A stretch of DNA of 64,000 bases from an uncultured virus (IMG/VR IMGVR_UViG_3300037189_010778) (Duplodnaviria > Heunggongvirae > Uroviricota > Caudoviricetes). The notes beneath the pieces are model-generated. The model was not told the DNA's origin, did not search any database, and saw nothing but the letters and a program-made list of their open reading frames with translations. Where the stretch lies: IMG/VR virus record IMGVR_UViG_3300037189_010778, positions 1 to 64,000 of that record; one strand, written 5' to 3'. Within the stretch, counting starts at the first letter, position 1. Every line of letters starts with the position of its first letter. This document shows, one piece after another, positions 20,848 through 30,650 of this stretch. The position numbers were made by a program, and so were the translations under genes.

Positions 20848-20877
20848 GTTTGTATTTTTATAATAAATATTGTATTT

Positions 20878-22152
20878 TTAATCTAAATAATCATCTACTA
20901 ATTTTTTCATAACTCTTGCTACATTTGAATTAACATCATATCTATCTCGAAAATAAGATACGTCTTGATCTATATCATTGTTGTGGCTATATTGTTCCCC
21001 ATCTTCAATTGTAAAATTTCTTACAAAATAATTAAATCCCCAATTGTTTTCCAAATCATCATGGATTTTATTCCACTCTTCTTTAGAATATTTTTTAAAA
21101 TCATCATAATATATGTCATTAGGATCTATTTCATCATAAGAATGAAATAAAGCCCATTCCCATATTTCATAATCCGAATTATATAAATCTGGGTAGTCTA
21201 TGAATTTGGCTAGATAGTTTATTAATTTACCTTCATTTTCATAACTTACATCTAATTTTAATAAAGAAGCAATACCAGGATCATTAACTCGCATTTCATT
21301 TACAGATCGATTAGAATAATTAATTATATATTTTTTAATATCATTTAAATTTAATATAATCATAACCCAAACAAATGTTCCTCCACCTTCACTGTCTGTA
21401 TAAAACTCTAATATTGGAATTTCATATTGTTTAAGTTTAGATATAAAAGATCTTAATCCATTTATGTTAAAATCAGGATTCTCAGATTCAATAGCATCCA
21501 TAATATTTTCATCACTATATCCAGCCATTATTTCAGGTTCATTATATATAGGAATAGTGAACATTAATTCTTTATCTTCATCCAATATATTACCATAATA
21601 TTCAACGTTATTTTTCTTATCAATGTATATTATTTCATCTTCATTTTCTTTTTTAAAAATAAGAGAAGAAGGTTCATTAACTCGCATTTCATTAATATCA
21701 GATTTTTGATCTTTGATCTTTTTTAAAAAATCTTCAACAGCATACTGATAAAGTTTTTGATCGTCCTTTACTTCTTTAAGTGCTTTTATATACTTGGGAT
21801 CATTTATATTTATAATATTTTTATTATTAACTGCGTGCTTTAACATGAGTTCATGACCTAAACGATTAGCATACCAGTTAAAATCTCTTTCATCATCAAT
21901 AAGATCACCTAATGTACCTTTATAACCAATTTGTTTAGCGATATCAAATGCTAAAACATTTGCCATTTCACCATCATAAAATTCACTCCAAAAATCCTCA
22001 GGATCGTCGGGTATTATATAATCATCCCAATATTCATCTAAGATATCTTTATAAAGATTATAATTAGTCCAACGATATTTATTTGGTTCATTAACTCGCA
22101 TTTCTGTTATAGGGATACCAGCCAATTTTTGCATGCGATAAAATTCACTCAT
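20878..22152 (-). CDS. Putative polyprotein: RMQKLAGI leader plus three EMRVNxP-headed acidic domains
   Basis: 424 aa; motifs at 22084-22104, 21670-21690, 21277-21297. Confidence 0.7.
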   Translation of the reverse strand: MSEFYRMQKLAGIPITEMRVNEPNKYRWTNYNLYKDILDEYWDDYIIPDDPEDFWSEFYDGEMANVLAFDIAKQIGYKGTLGDLIDDERDFNWYANRLGHELMLKHAVNNKNIININDPKYIKALKEVKDDQKLYQYAVEDFLKKIKDQKSDINEMRVNEPSSLIFKKENEDEIIYIDKKNNVEYYGNILDEDKELMFTIPIYNEPEIMAGYSDENIMDAIESENPDFNINGLRSFISKLKQYEIPILEFYTDSEGGGTFVWVMIILNLNDIKKYIINYSNRSVNEMRVNDPGIASLLKLDVSYENEGKLINYLAKFIDYPDLYNSDYEIWEWALFHSYDEIDPNDIYYDDFKKYSKEEWNKIHDDLENNWGFNYFVRNFTIEDGEQYSHNNDIDQDVSYFRDRYDVNSNVARVMKKLVDDYLD

Positions 22153-22174
22153 GAATGTTAATTTAATATAAATA

Positions 22175-22699
22175 TTATGAAAATAATACTTCTTTAATTG
22201 TTTGAATACGTTCTTTAGTAGTACCTTTAATTTCTACTAAACGTTTAGGTGGATATTCTTTCAACATTTCTTTAATAGTAAAATCAATTTTATCACGATA
22301 ATTACTGTCTATAGTACGTATACCATTATCTTCAATATTTACACCTTCAGGTGAAACATAAAATATAACATCATAATCATTACGTAGATGCATCATCAAA
22401 TTAACAAATTTCTCTTTAACATTCCATTCAATTGAATTAGCACTTAACGTAAATGCGCATACATCATATATAGTTCTATCTGTAATAATATTTTCTTTCA
22501 TTAATTCAACAGAACGTTCAGCAGCAAATACTATTTGTCCTTTTAATGTTGAATCTGTATTTAATGTTATGCCTTGATCTCGTAAATATTTACTACGTTC
22601 AGTAGCAAATTCATAATCTTCAAATTCAGGTAATTCCATTAATGCTTTAACTAAAGTAGTTTTACCACACGATACTGTTCCACAAAAACCTATTTTCAT
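22175..22699 (-). CDS. P-loop nucleotide kinase-like protein (NadR/AAA_28-like)
   Basis: MKIGFCGTVSCGKTTL; IITDRTIYD; YDVIFY; EDNGIR. Confidence 0.75.
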   Translation of the reverse strand: MKIGFCGTVSCGKTTLVKALMELPEFEDYEFATERSKYLRDQGITLNTDSTLKGQIVFAAERSVELMKENIITDRTIYDVCAFTLSANSIEWNVKEKFVNLMMHLRNDYDVIFYVSPEGVNIEDNGIRTIDSNYRDKIDFTIKEMLKEYPPKRLVEIKGTTKERIQTIKEVLFS

Positions 22700-22710
22700 A
22701 TTATTTTATT

Positions 22711-22956
22711 TTATGCTCTTGTTCCTGATTGTTTACCTGCTGCTGTTTTATGAAATGGTACTCCTTCACCATCTTTTTTAATATTTTCCCACTGTTCTTT
22801 AGTTTTTTTAATACCCCAAACATAATACTCTGCTTTACGTTTATCACCTTGTGGTATTAAGGCAGGACCATCATAGTTATGAGTTACAGCCTTACCTTCA
22901 ATGATAGTGTAATATACAATAGTACCGTCTGCTTGTTTTAAATGTTTTGTCTGCAT
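22711..22956 (-). CDS. Hypothetical protein
   Basis: 81 aa; HNYDGPALI...EYYVWG motif. Confidence 0.65.
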   Translation of the reverse strand: MQTKHLKQADGTIVYYTIIEGKAVTHNYDGPALIPQGDKRKAEYYVWGIKKTKEQWENIKKDGEGVPFHKTAAGKQSGTRA

Positions 22957-22974
22957 ATTCTTTTTATTTTTTAT

Positions 22975-23006
22975 TAAATATACTAAAGAATTTTTAAAAA
23001 ACCAAA
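22975..23006 (-). promoter_or_regulatory. Bacteroidota-type -33/-7 promoter
   Basis: TTTG-N20-TATATTTA. Confidence 0.65.
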
Positions 23007-23068
23007 TTTTTTAATTTAAAAATTTTCTATAAAATCTGGGTATTCTTCGTTAGGATCTTGATACATAA

Positions 23069-24352
23069 TTAGTTTTGTAATAAATATTCAGCAACATATA
23101 TTCCGTGTGCTCCTGATACAGTAATTCCACGAGCGCTTAATGCGTCTCCAACAAAATGTACATTTTGATATTTAGTAAGACTTAAATCCTCATAATTTAC
23201 AAGAGGTTCGGGACTTAAATATTTGCACTCGGGTATATATACGCCCCAATCATCACCAAATTCGAATACTTTATTCATATCATTGATGAAATTTTCAATA
23301 TAAGTAAAATATTTACCCATTACTTCTCTTACCGATGTTAAATCATATATTTTTGTTGTGTTGATTAATTCATGTTCTGACGTTTTAGATGGATTTCTTT
23401 TTGGACTGTAATATAAACCAGTACCACTAATTTGTAATTTACTTACTACATCTCTACTCCATTTAAACGGATCTTCAATACCTTTAATTTCCATCAATAT
23501 GCCAAAATTAGTCATATCATTTCTAAATTCCTCACCTTTCTTAGCATGACCATTGTATGTAATATCACCATATGTTTCTTCTACAGCAACATAAGCGGCA
23601 TTATTGTTAGTACAGAATGAACGTAAAGACACGTTATCAAATTTCTGATATAATTTGAAATCATATGATACATCAATTAGTTTCTGAAAATATTTTTGTG
23701 GTGCCTCGTAACGTACTCCAATTTGTACTGATTTTGGTTCAGTTGGTAATTTATATCTGTCTGATAATGATTGGGCAAAATCAATACCTGATTTGCCTAC
23801 TGCAAAAATAAGTTTATCATACGTAAAATTTTTATTATCAGTATGAATTGTATTTTGATAAAATAAAATATTTTTAACTTCTGTATTCCATTCAAATTGT
23901 ACACCTTTATCAACTAAATACTGATACCAATTTTTAGCGATCTCGTGCAAGAAATTGGATCCAATGTGCCATACAGGAAATAAACGTAATCCAAAGTATG
24001 GTTTAATAAAGTCTGGTTCAGTTACAGGATCAGAACAAAATATTTCTTCTGGTTTAGGATGGAAGCGTCTAAAGTTATTAATAACTTGATCCATTAATTC
24101 CATTGCTTTATCCTCACCACAATATTTAGATAACTGACCTCCTATTGCTGTATGGTATGTGAGTTTACCATCACTCCATGCGCCCGCACCGGCAAAACCA
24201 CACATTACTTCTTCAGGTTGTCTTTCATATGGGTCCCTTCCCTTATCAATAATAGTAATCAACTCACCTGGGTAGCCGTTATCTACTAATTTAGTCGCCG
24301 CGTTTATACCGGCCACTCCGCTTCCTACAATTACAATTTTTTTCTTTTTCAT
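23069..24352 (-). CDS. FAD-dependent oxidoreductase
   Basis: IVIVGSGVAG Rossmann motif; GAGAWSDGKL; IGVRYE; RSFC; VGDA. Confidence 0.85.
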   Translation of the reverse strand: MKKKKIVIVGSGVAGINAATKLVDNGYPGELITIIDKGRDPYERQPEEVMCGFAGAGAWSDGKLTYHTAIGGQLSKYCGEDKAMELMDQVINNFRRFHPKPEEIFCSDPVTEPDFIKPYFGLRLFPVWHIGSNFLHEIAKNWYQYLVDKGVQFEWNTEVKNILFYQNTIHTDNKNFTYDKLIFAVGKSGIDFAQSLSDRYKLPTEPKSVQIGVRYEAPQKYFQKLIDVSYDFKLYQKFDNVSLRSFCTNNNAAYVAVEETYGDITYNGHAKKGEEFRNDMTNFGILMEIKGIEDPFKWSRDVVSKLQISGTGLYYSPKRNPSKTSEHELINTTKIYDLTSVREVMGKYFTYIENFINDMNKVFEFGDDWGVYIPECKYLSPEPLVNYEDLSLTKYQNVHFVGDALSARGITVSGAHGIYVAEYLLQN

Positions 24353-24357
24353 ATTAT

Positions 24358-24389
24358 TAAATATACTAAATTTTATTTAAAAAGCCAAA
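24358..24389 (-). promoter_or_regulatory. Bacteroidota-type -33/-7 promoter
   Basis: TTTG-N20-TATATTTA. Confidence 0.65.
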
Positions 24390-24390
24390 T

Positions 24391-24425
24391 AAAAAGTGGC
24401 GTCTCCTTTTTTTAGGTGACGCCAC
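24391..24425 (-). terminator. Intrinsic terminator
   Basis: Minus strand GTGGCGTCACC...GGAGACGCCAC-TTTTT. Confidence 0.75.
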
Positions 24426-24492
24426 AACTGTCATATTTTATTTATTAAAGCAACCGGCTATGAATCGGTCTGTATGTTGTATTATTTTTATT

Positions 24493-24936
24493 TTAAAAAC
24501 CTAATTGCTTACCATATTTTTTTAACATGCTATCATAGTATCTAATTTTTTTATTATAAAAATTCGCATCATCTAAAAGACCCATATCTTGACCATACTG
24601 GAGGTAAAATTGAGCTGCTAAAGCATTGCAATACAAATTAAAAGTTTCATTACTCATTACAAGATTATCAAAATTACCTTTAAAACCAGCTCGTTTAGCA
24701 ATATCAAATGCTAGATCATTTACTAAACTAAAATCATCAAGTTCTAACATAAATTCTTCAGGAGAATTAATCCCATATGCTTCAAATAAATCTTCTAACA
24801 CAGATTCATATCCTTCATAATCTTGCCAATCTGGGGAAAGTGAGTCTATAGCGTTGAATTTTTGATTGTTTTTAGACGCGCTGATAGCTTTATTAATCTC
24901 TTCGCGAATTAATTTTCTAAGTTCAAATTTTTTCAT
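24493..24936 (-). CDS. Hypothetical protein with MKKFELRKLIREEI leader; homologue of first domain of 20878-22152
   Basis: 147 aa; LAFDIAK..G.KG shared. Confidence 0.7.
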   Translation of the reverse strand: MKKFELRKLIREEINKAISASKNNQKFNAIDSLSPDWQDYEGYESVLEDLFEAYGINSPEEFMLELDDFSLVNDLAFDIAKRAGFKGNFDNLVMSNETFNLYCNALAAQFYLQYGQDMGLLDDANFYNKKIRYYDSMLKKYGKQLGF

Positions 24937-24994
24937 TGTTTAATTTTTGATTGTTTAATATAAATATGTAAAAGAAGAGAAAAATACAATTAAT
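24930..24994. repeat. 65-bp perfect direct repeat, copy 1 (late motif + start region)
   Basis: Identical to 25270-25334. Confidence 0.9.
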
Positions 24995-25000
24995 TTTTCA

Positions 25001-25276
25001 TTACTTACCAAACTTTTTTTTACCATACTGTAGTAACATTCGGTGAGCTTTTGAGTAACTATCTTTTGAAGCTTTTCCCATAGCACTACCTTCTATTTTT
25101 TCAGCCACAGTATCAACTAAATCTGAGTATGTTATTTCATCTTTAAGTGATTCCATGTCTGTGACTCCATGGGTCTTTAATATTTTTTCAAGGTCTGAAG
25201 ACGATAATTCTTGATTTTCATTAATTACTTTACGAATTTCTTCTTTAATGAGTTGTCTTAATTCAAATCTTTTCAT
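25001..25276 (-). CDS. Hypothetical protein with MKRFELRQLIKEEIRKVINE leader
   Basis: 91 aa ORF. Confidence 0.7.
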   Translation of the reverse strand: MKRFELRQLIKEEIRKVINENQELSSSDLEKILKTHGVTDMESLKDEITYSDLVDTVAEKIEGSAMGKASKDSYSKAHRMLLQYGKKKFGK

Positions 25277-25334
25277 TGTTTAATTTTTGATTGTTTAATA
25301 TAAATATGTAAAAGAAGAGAAAAATACAATTAAT
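25270..25334. repeat. 65-bp perfect direct repeat, copy 2
   Basis: Identical to 24930-24994. Confidence 0.9.
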
Positions 25335-25336
25335 CT

Positions 25337-25678
25337 TTATATTATCTCTACTCCTAAGTTTTCAAGAGCTGTTTCTAAATCACGAACATAAGAATAATTT
25401 AAACGATCAATTTGTTTAGCATATGGTCCTTTTTCATAAAAAAGAAAATCATATGAATTTTCAAGATTTATACCATACGCTTTAAGGGCAAGTTGTAGCA
25501 AAGATAACCATTCATCTGTTCCTGTTTCTACCGTACCATCATCTATTACTTCTGGGTATTCTTTTTGAATTAGTGCTTTTATTTGTGTAGCTTTATCAGG
25601 TGACTTAACTTGCATTTCATTAATGCCAGCTAATTTTTGCATGCGTTTAAATTCCTCGCTTAATATTTGTTTTTTCAT
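25337..25678 (-). CDS. Hypothetical protein with EFKRMQKLAGINE-MQVKSP leader
   Basis: 113 aa ORF. Confidence 0.7.
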   Translation of the reverse strand: MKKQILSEEFKRMQKLAGINEMQVKSPDKATQIKALIQKEYPEVIDDGTVETGTDEWLSLLQLALKAYGINLENSYDFLFYEKGPYAKQIDRLNYSYVRDLETALENLGVEII

Positions 25679-25701
25679 GCTTGTTTTTTGGTATAAATAT
25701 G

Positions 25702-25947
25702 TTAGTTTTCTAATTCTTGCACATACATTAAGAAATCCTCATATATATTTTTAGTGTTTCCATCGGCTTTATTCATAGTTTCATTGAGCATTGAACTGAT
25801 ATCTCGTTTAGATTCAGTTAGTAAATTACCAAACATGGATAATGTTTGTTCAGCGAGTAAATATTCTTTTTGGTTACCACCATAATCATCAAGATCATTG
25901 AGATAAAGCCTAATATACTCGTTTAACTGTTGTTTTGATAGTTTCAT
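25702..25947 (-). CDS. Hypothetical protein (probable start MKLSKQQLNE)
   Basis: ATG at 25947; overlaps end of upstream gene. Confidence 0.6.
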   Translation of the reverse strand: MKLSKQQLNEYIRLYLNDLDDYGGNQKEYLLAEQTLSMFGNLLTESKRDISSMLNETMNKADGNTKNIYEDFLMYVQELEN

Positions 25948-26410
25948 ATATAATACTTTTAACACGTTTTAATACTTCTTTAATTTTTTGCACTTGGGAA
26001 TTTAACCATTTAAGACGTTGACCAAAACGTTTACCTTCCATAGGTGCTTCCATATGTTCTTCGGGAATATATTTCATAAGCGGTTTCATATACTCAGAAC
26101 CAGTTAGCATGACGAATGTGTCTTTTTCTGGATTGATTCCTTGTTGTTTCATTTGATTATAAACAGTTTCACCCCATTTTTCTTTTTCTTTTTTAGGCAT
26201 TTCTTTGAGAGTTTTATCGTATGGTTTTAATACTTTAGTAAGAGGTACTAAATAGTGTTTAGCAGATAAGATGTACATCTTATCTGGGTGGAGTGCTTTA
26301 CCGTATTCCAATGTTTTTTTAAACATAGGTGATGCTGAGTATAGATCCTGTGCTTGGGCTGGTTTATCTAATTTAGATTTGGTACAACTCAGTAATACTA
26401 TTTTAGCCAT
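25910..26410 (-). CDS. DUF6884-like protein
   Basis: IVLLSCTKSK...AQDLY...YILSAKH.L....PYD.TL pattern. Confidence 0.6.
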   Translation of the reverse strand: MAKIVLLSCTKSKLDKPAQAQDLYSASPMFKKTLEYGKALHPDKMYILSAKHYLVPLTKVLKPYDKTLKEMPKKEKEKWGETVYNQMKQQGINPEKDTFVMLTGSEYMKPLMKYIPEEHMEAPMEGKRFGQRLKWLNSQVQKIKEVLKRVKSIIYETIKTTVKRVY

Positions 26411-26425
26411 ATTTTATTATAAATA

Positions 26426-27097
26426 TTATGGAAAAAGTGCTATTGCCTCTGATGATACTGGTAAACCAAGAGAACTATGTGTTATTTTAATATATTCTTT
26501 ATCGTAAACTGTTTTTATACCTTTAGTTATAGTAAAATACTTATCCCAATTTATTTTTTGTAAATCAGCAAAATGTTTATATTGTTTACCTACCCTAACA
26601 TCATATGCATATTTAGACTTATGAGATAATATTACTGAAGGGTGAGTAAGTTTCATTGTATAACCATCGTAATTAACATGAACCACATCTTTTGGTTTTA
26701 AGTATTGACTATTAAACAAATCAATACTGTATTCTAATTTATCATCCTTATGTTTTTCTAACTGTATAAGTTCTTTATTAGTAAAATGTGGTATAGATTT
26801 AACTTTAGCGTATGCTAAATCAGGATTATCCTTTTCTGTTACCATATCATAATCTTCACTATCGGTAATTTTTACATTTAGTTGAAAAAAATCATGTAAT
26901 ATCCTTAAATCTTCTTCAATTAGTGTCTCTTTTAAACCTATGTCTATATCAGGAACACGTTCTGTAAAATTATATTCTATTATATCCATAATGTATAAAG
27001 ATAAACTACCAGCTAATATAAATTTATCGTTAATATTAAGCATAGGTATAATAATATCCTCATATTTTTGCGGAAGTTTGTTTATTTTGTATTCCAT
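26426..27097 (-). CDS. Pol-beta-type nucleotidyltransferase-like protein
   Basis: FILAGSLSL...PDIDIG; C-terminal KHFADL. Confidence 0.55.
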   Translation of the reverse strand: MEYKINKLPQKYEDIIIPMLNINDKFILAGSLSLYIMDIIEYNFTERVPDIDIGLKETLIEEDLRILHDFFQLNVKITDSEDYDMVTEKDNPDLAYAKVKSIPHFTNKELIQLEKHKDDKLEYSIDLFNSQYLKPKDVVHVNYDGYTMKLTHPSVILSHKSKYAYDVRVGKQYKHFADLQKINWDKYFTITKGIKTVYDKEYIKITHSSLGLPVSSEAIALFP

Positions 27098-28290
27098 TAT
27101 CTGTTAATTCTAATTTTAGCGCCTGGTAAATCTTGGTTAATATCATATCCTGAGCAGTGTACCCATAATATAGGTTTAATAGGATTTGTTTTAGGAGCAG
27201 GAGCACATCCATCAGTTAGATAAATTAGGTTAGCATATTTATCTTTATTTTCCATTAAGTATTGCATAACTGGTTCAAAATCAGTACCGCCTCTACCTTT
27301 TACTTCAATATTTTCCCTTTCACCTTTATAGTTGTAGACACGTTGTATAATAGCATCACATTCTACTATATCAACATAAGTACCTGTTTTATATATGTGA
27401 TAAATTTCATTAAAAAATTCAATTAAATCTTTTTGACTAACACTACCAGATGTATCTATAGCTACTAATGTTTTTTTCTTTTGTTTAATTTTTAATGCGG
27501 GGCCGCTTCCAAATCTACGATTTGGTTTACGTCTTGTTTTTTTAGTGTATACTATACTAGACATACTATTAAAACGTCGTAAATAAGATGTCCAATCAAT
27601 AACTGGTTCAATTACTTCAAATAAACTATCAATATAGTCTTGCATTTCTGTTGGTATTAATCCTCTGCCACGATTTTTTAGTTCATTAGCTACTTCTTTT
27701 AATTGATAATCTATTTGTTTAGCTATTAAATTACGTTCAGCTTCACCTAATCCTTCCATTGCCTTCCATAATTCATGTAAATCACCCATACCCTCACCAT
27801 TACCCATCCCTTCCATCATTTTAGCTAAATCTCCATCAGGATTTTCATCCATTTCTTTTTGAAGAGTATCATAATAGTATTTAGTTCCTTGCTTTTCTAA
27901 TAAATTTAATTCTTTAAATGGTGATTGATTAATTTCTAATCCTTCCCATTTATCTCCTTTCATATCTTCATTAATATATTGATTAATTTCTAGATCAGCT
28001 GCTATATTATATAACTGTTTATCTGGGAATCTGTCAAAATTATTTAAATGAAAAAAAGCAATATGTAATAATTCGTGTTTTAATACACCCATTTTTGTTT
28101 TTTCATCTAATAGTGTCCAATATTCAGGATTAACTACTAATTTAACATTAATATTTTCAGGAGTAACACACGCTGTTGATATGCTTGTGTTAAGTTCTTT
28201 ATTAAGAGATATAAGAAATAAGCCATAAAACGGTTCTTTTAACATAAGCGTTTTAGAACATTTAGTAATCTCTTGGTAGATTTTTTCCAT
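27097..28290 (-). CDS. Metallopeptidase-like + VWA domain protein (DUF2201-like)
   Basis: HELLH; NIAADLEIN; AIDTSGS MIDAS; GRGGTDF; YLTDG. Confidence 0.85.
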   Translation of the reverse strand: MEKIYQEITKCSKTLMLKEPFYGLFLISLNKELNTSISTACVTPENINVKLVVNPEYWTLLDEKTKMGVLKHELLHIAFFHLNNFDRFPDKQLYNIAADLEINQYINEDMKGDKWEGLEINQSPFKELNLLEKQGTKYYYDTLQKEMDENPDGDLAKMMEGMGNGEGMGDLHELWKAMEGLGEAERNLIAKQIDYQLKEVANELKNRGRGLIPTEMQDYIDSLFEVIEPVIDWTSYLRRFNSMSSIVYTKKTRRKPNRRFGSGPALKIKQKKKTLVAIDTSGSVSQKDLIEFFNEIYHIYKTGTYVDIVECDAIIQRVYNYKGERENIEVKGRGGTDFEPVMQYLMENKDKYANLIYLTDGCAPAPKTNPIKPILWVHCSGYDINQDLPGAKIRINR

Positions 28291-28300
28291 TTTTTTTGTT

Positions 28301-28332
28301 TAAATATACTAAATTAATCTAAGAAAGCCAAA
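28301..28332 (-). promoter_or_regulatory. Bacteroidota-type -33/-7 promoter
   Basis: TTTG-N20-TATATTTA. Confidence 0.65.
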
Positions 28333-29399
28333 TCAAAGGATTTAATTTGAAATTTATTACTTTTTAAAAGTTCATTAAGATTTTTTAATATAAATGTTTC
28401 AATAATTTGTTTATTTTCTGAGTGGTCTCTGTAATTTTTGTATAGGCCTTTAGCAAAATGTCTCCATTCACTTTTCCAAATAATGCCTCTACTTTTATAA
28501 TAGCGGTCAATTACTTTAAAACTGTTCATAGAAGATGGAGTAATACCAGAACCATGATCAAAGATATTTTGATACTTATTTAGTAATAAAGCTATAGTTA
28601 GAGCATTTGTTTCATCTAATTTAATATTAGACATCATTTCTATAGCTAATTTAACATTATCATTTTGACCACTACTAAGCATACCTTCTAATGTATTTAG
28701 ATATTCATCGTCTATATCTAGACCATCCTCATTTAATTCTTCTAACAAGAATTCATCAAAAATTATGTTAATATTAGGATTAGACTTAAGAAAATCTAAT
28801 AATAATATAACATTTTCTATATTTTTTTCTCGATATAATGACTCATGATATAAATGTTCTATATCAGCATTTTTTACATATTCTATTATATCTGAGCTAG
28901 ATGATGTGTTTAATATTTCACTTGCTCCATCACGTGTATTTATAATTGAAAATGTTCTTTCAGGATATGAAAGTCCCCAATCAGTTCGAGAATAATATTT
29001 TTCAAATAACCTACGAAGTAAATTAAAATTTTCATGATCATGATTTCTAATAATATCTTTCTTATCCATATTCTTTAAAAATTTAAGAGTATTAGTAAGA
29101 AGAGTTTTATCAATAATAATTGAATCACAATATTCTTGACGAGATGTACGTTTTAATTTATTTTCAGTTATGTATTCTTTAAGTTTAAAACGTGGAATAT
29201 TACTTAAAGTTCCAGTATATATTGTTTTACCAAAATTTAAATTTTTAGGTTGAGTTAATAATTTTTCAATTTGACTAATATAATCAAGTTTTTCTTGTTC
29301 ATTTAAAATTACAGCTATTCCTGTATAATTTACTGTTCCGTAATTAGGGTATACATTAACAGAATTAACGTATACTGACGTAGTATTCTTATATATCAT
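28314..29399 (-). CDS. Hypothetical protein in MoxR-VWA module
   Basis: 361 aa ORF. Confidence 0.65.
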   Translation of the reverse strand: MIYKNTTSVYVNSVNVYPNYGTVNYTGIAVILNEQEKLDYISQIEKLLTQPKNLNFGKTIYTGTLSNIPRFKLKEYITENKLKRTSRQEYCDSIIIDKTLLTNTLKFLKNMDKKDIIRNHDHENFNLLRRLFEKYYSRTDWGLSYPERTFSIINTRDGASEILNTSSSSDIIEYVKNADIEHLYHESLYREKNIENVILLLDFLKSNPNINIIFDEFLLEELNEDGLDIDDEYLNTLEGMLSSGQNDNVKLAIEMMSNIKLDETNALTIALLLNKYQNIFDHGSGITPSSMNSFKVIDRYYKSRGIIWKSEWRHFAKGLYKNYRDHSENKQIIETFILKNLNELLKSNKFQIKSFDLAFLD

Positions 29400-29414
29400 A
29401 AATTTAATTTTTTA

Positions 29415-30596
29415 TTATTTAACAATGTATGTTACTAAATTTTTATCTAACATCATTACTTTAAATTTGTTAGGATTATTATTATAGATTGATTTAACCA
29501 TATTATAACAAATATCAGAAGTGAATATTTGCTCATTTACAATTTTAGAAATTCTATCAATAATATTTTTCTCTACAGAATTAGTTTTTGAATATAAATC
29601 TAAATAATTAACAATACGTGTAGATAGAGTTGAAGCAATGTCTGCTCTATATTTAGTATCTTTACCTACTAAAGATTTTAAAGTATTAGTAACGTATTTT
29701 TCATCTTGTTCAAAAATATTTTGTGGAGAAATCATTTTATCTAGTTTATTATTAATAAACATTGTAAATAAACTACTAAATTCTTGACCTACACTACCTT
29801 CTCCAATCATTTGAATTAATGGTAATTGTTCTTCAAATGTTTTAATAGAAGAAATACTATTAAAAAACATCGATACACTTCTACTATTAACTTCTTTTGT
29901 GACTAATTCAGGATGCATAAGTAAGAAATTAATACATCGACCATCAATATGACTTTCTTCAGCCCATTTAGCCCAACAATCAATATCGAATTTTAATTGT
30001 ACTGAAATAAAACGTGTTTTTTGAGCGTTGTCAATACTATTTACTAAATAATCTCCATTATCAGGATTAGCGGTTAATATGATATGCCAATCTTTAGGTA
30101 ATGTCCAACTAATATATTGTTGACGATCAATTAATTCCATTATAGCTTGAATAAACCTTACATCAGCACGATTCCAGTCATCTAATAATAAAATTCCACC
30201 TTTTTCTTTATTAGCGATCCATTCTGGTGGGCAATAACTCATTCTATTATTACCGGTTGATTTGTAACCTAATTTATGGTACTCATCAAATGCATGTTCA
30301 TCAACCCAAATTTTTTCATCAGCTGTTTCTACTTCAAATTGGCGAATAGGAAAACCAACTAAGTCACCAATTTCTTCAATTTGAGCTAAATTTAATTTAA
30401 CAAAATGTAAATTTTCTTCTTTAGCTAATTGAATAATTTGAGAAGTTTTACCAATACCTGATTCACCAATTACTTCAATACTTACTGGTGGTTTGCTTTG
30501 TTCTTGTAAAAAGCGATTATTCTCAATAATGTGTTTGAGAAATGTTTTTAATTCGTTTGGATTAACATAAACCAAATCTTTTGATTTCTTTGCCAT
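29415..30596 (-). CDS. MoxR-like AAA+ ATPase (probable start MAKKSK at 30596)
   Basis: GESGIGKT; DLVGFP; GILLLDDWNRA; TANP; D.AQKTRF. Confidence 0.85.
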   Translation of the reverse strand: MAKKSKDLVYVNPNELKTFLKHIIENNRFLQEQSKPPVSIEVIGESGIGKTSQIIQLAKEENLHFVKLNLAQIEEIGDLVGFPIRQFEVETADEKIWVDEHAFDEYHKLGYKSTGNNRMSYCPPEWIANKEKGGILLLDDWNRADVRFIQAIMELIDRQQYISWTLPKDWHIILTANPDNGDYLVNSIDNAQKTRFISVQLKFDIDCWAKWAEESHIDGRCINFLLMHPELVTKEVNSRSVSMFFNSISSIKTFEEQLPLIQMIGEGSVGQEFSSLFTMFINNKLDKMISPQNIFEQDEKYVTNTLKSLVGKDTKYRADIASTLSTRIVNYLDLYSKTNSVEKNIIDRISKIVNEQIFTSDICYNMVKSIYNNNPNKFKVMMLDKNLVTYIVK

Positions 30597-30613
30597 ATTT
30601 TTTTTATTTTTAC

Positions 30614-30645
30614 TAAATATAAGCAAGAAATCTTTAAAAACCAAA
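30614..30645 (-). promoter_or_regulatory. Bacteroidota-type -33/-7 promoter
   Basis: TTTG-N20-TATATTTA. Confidence 0.65.
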
Positions 30646-30650
30646 TTTTT

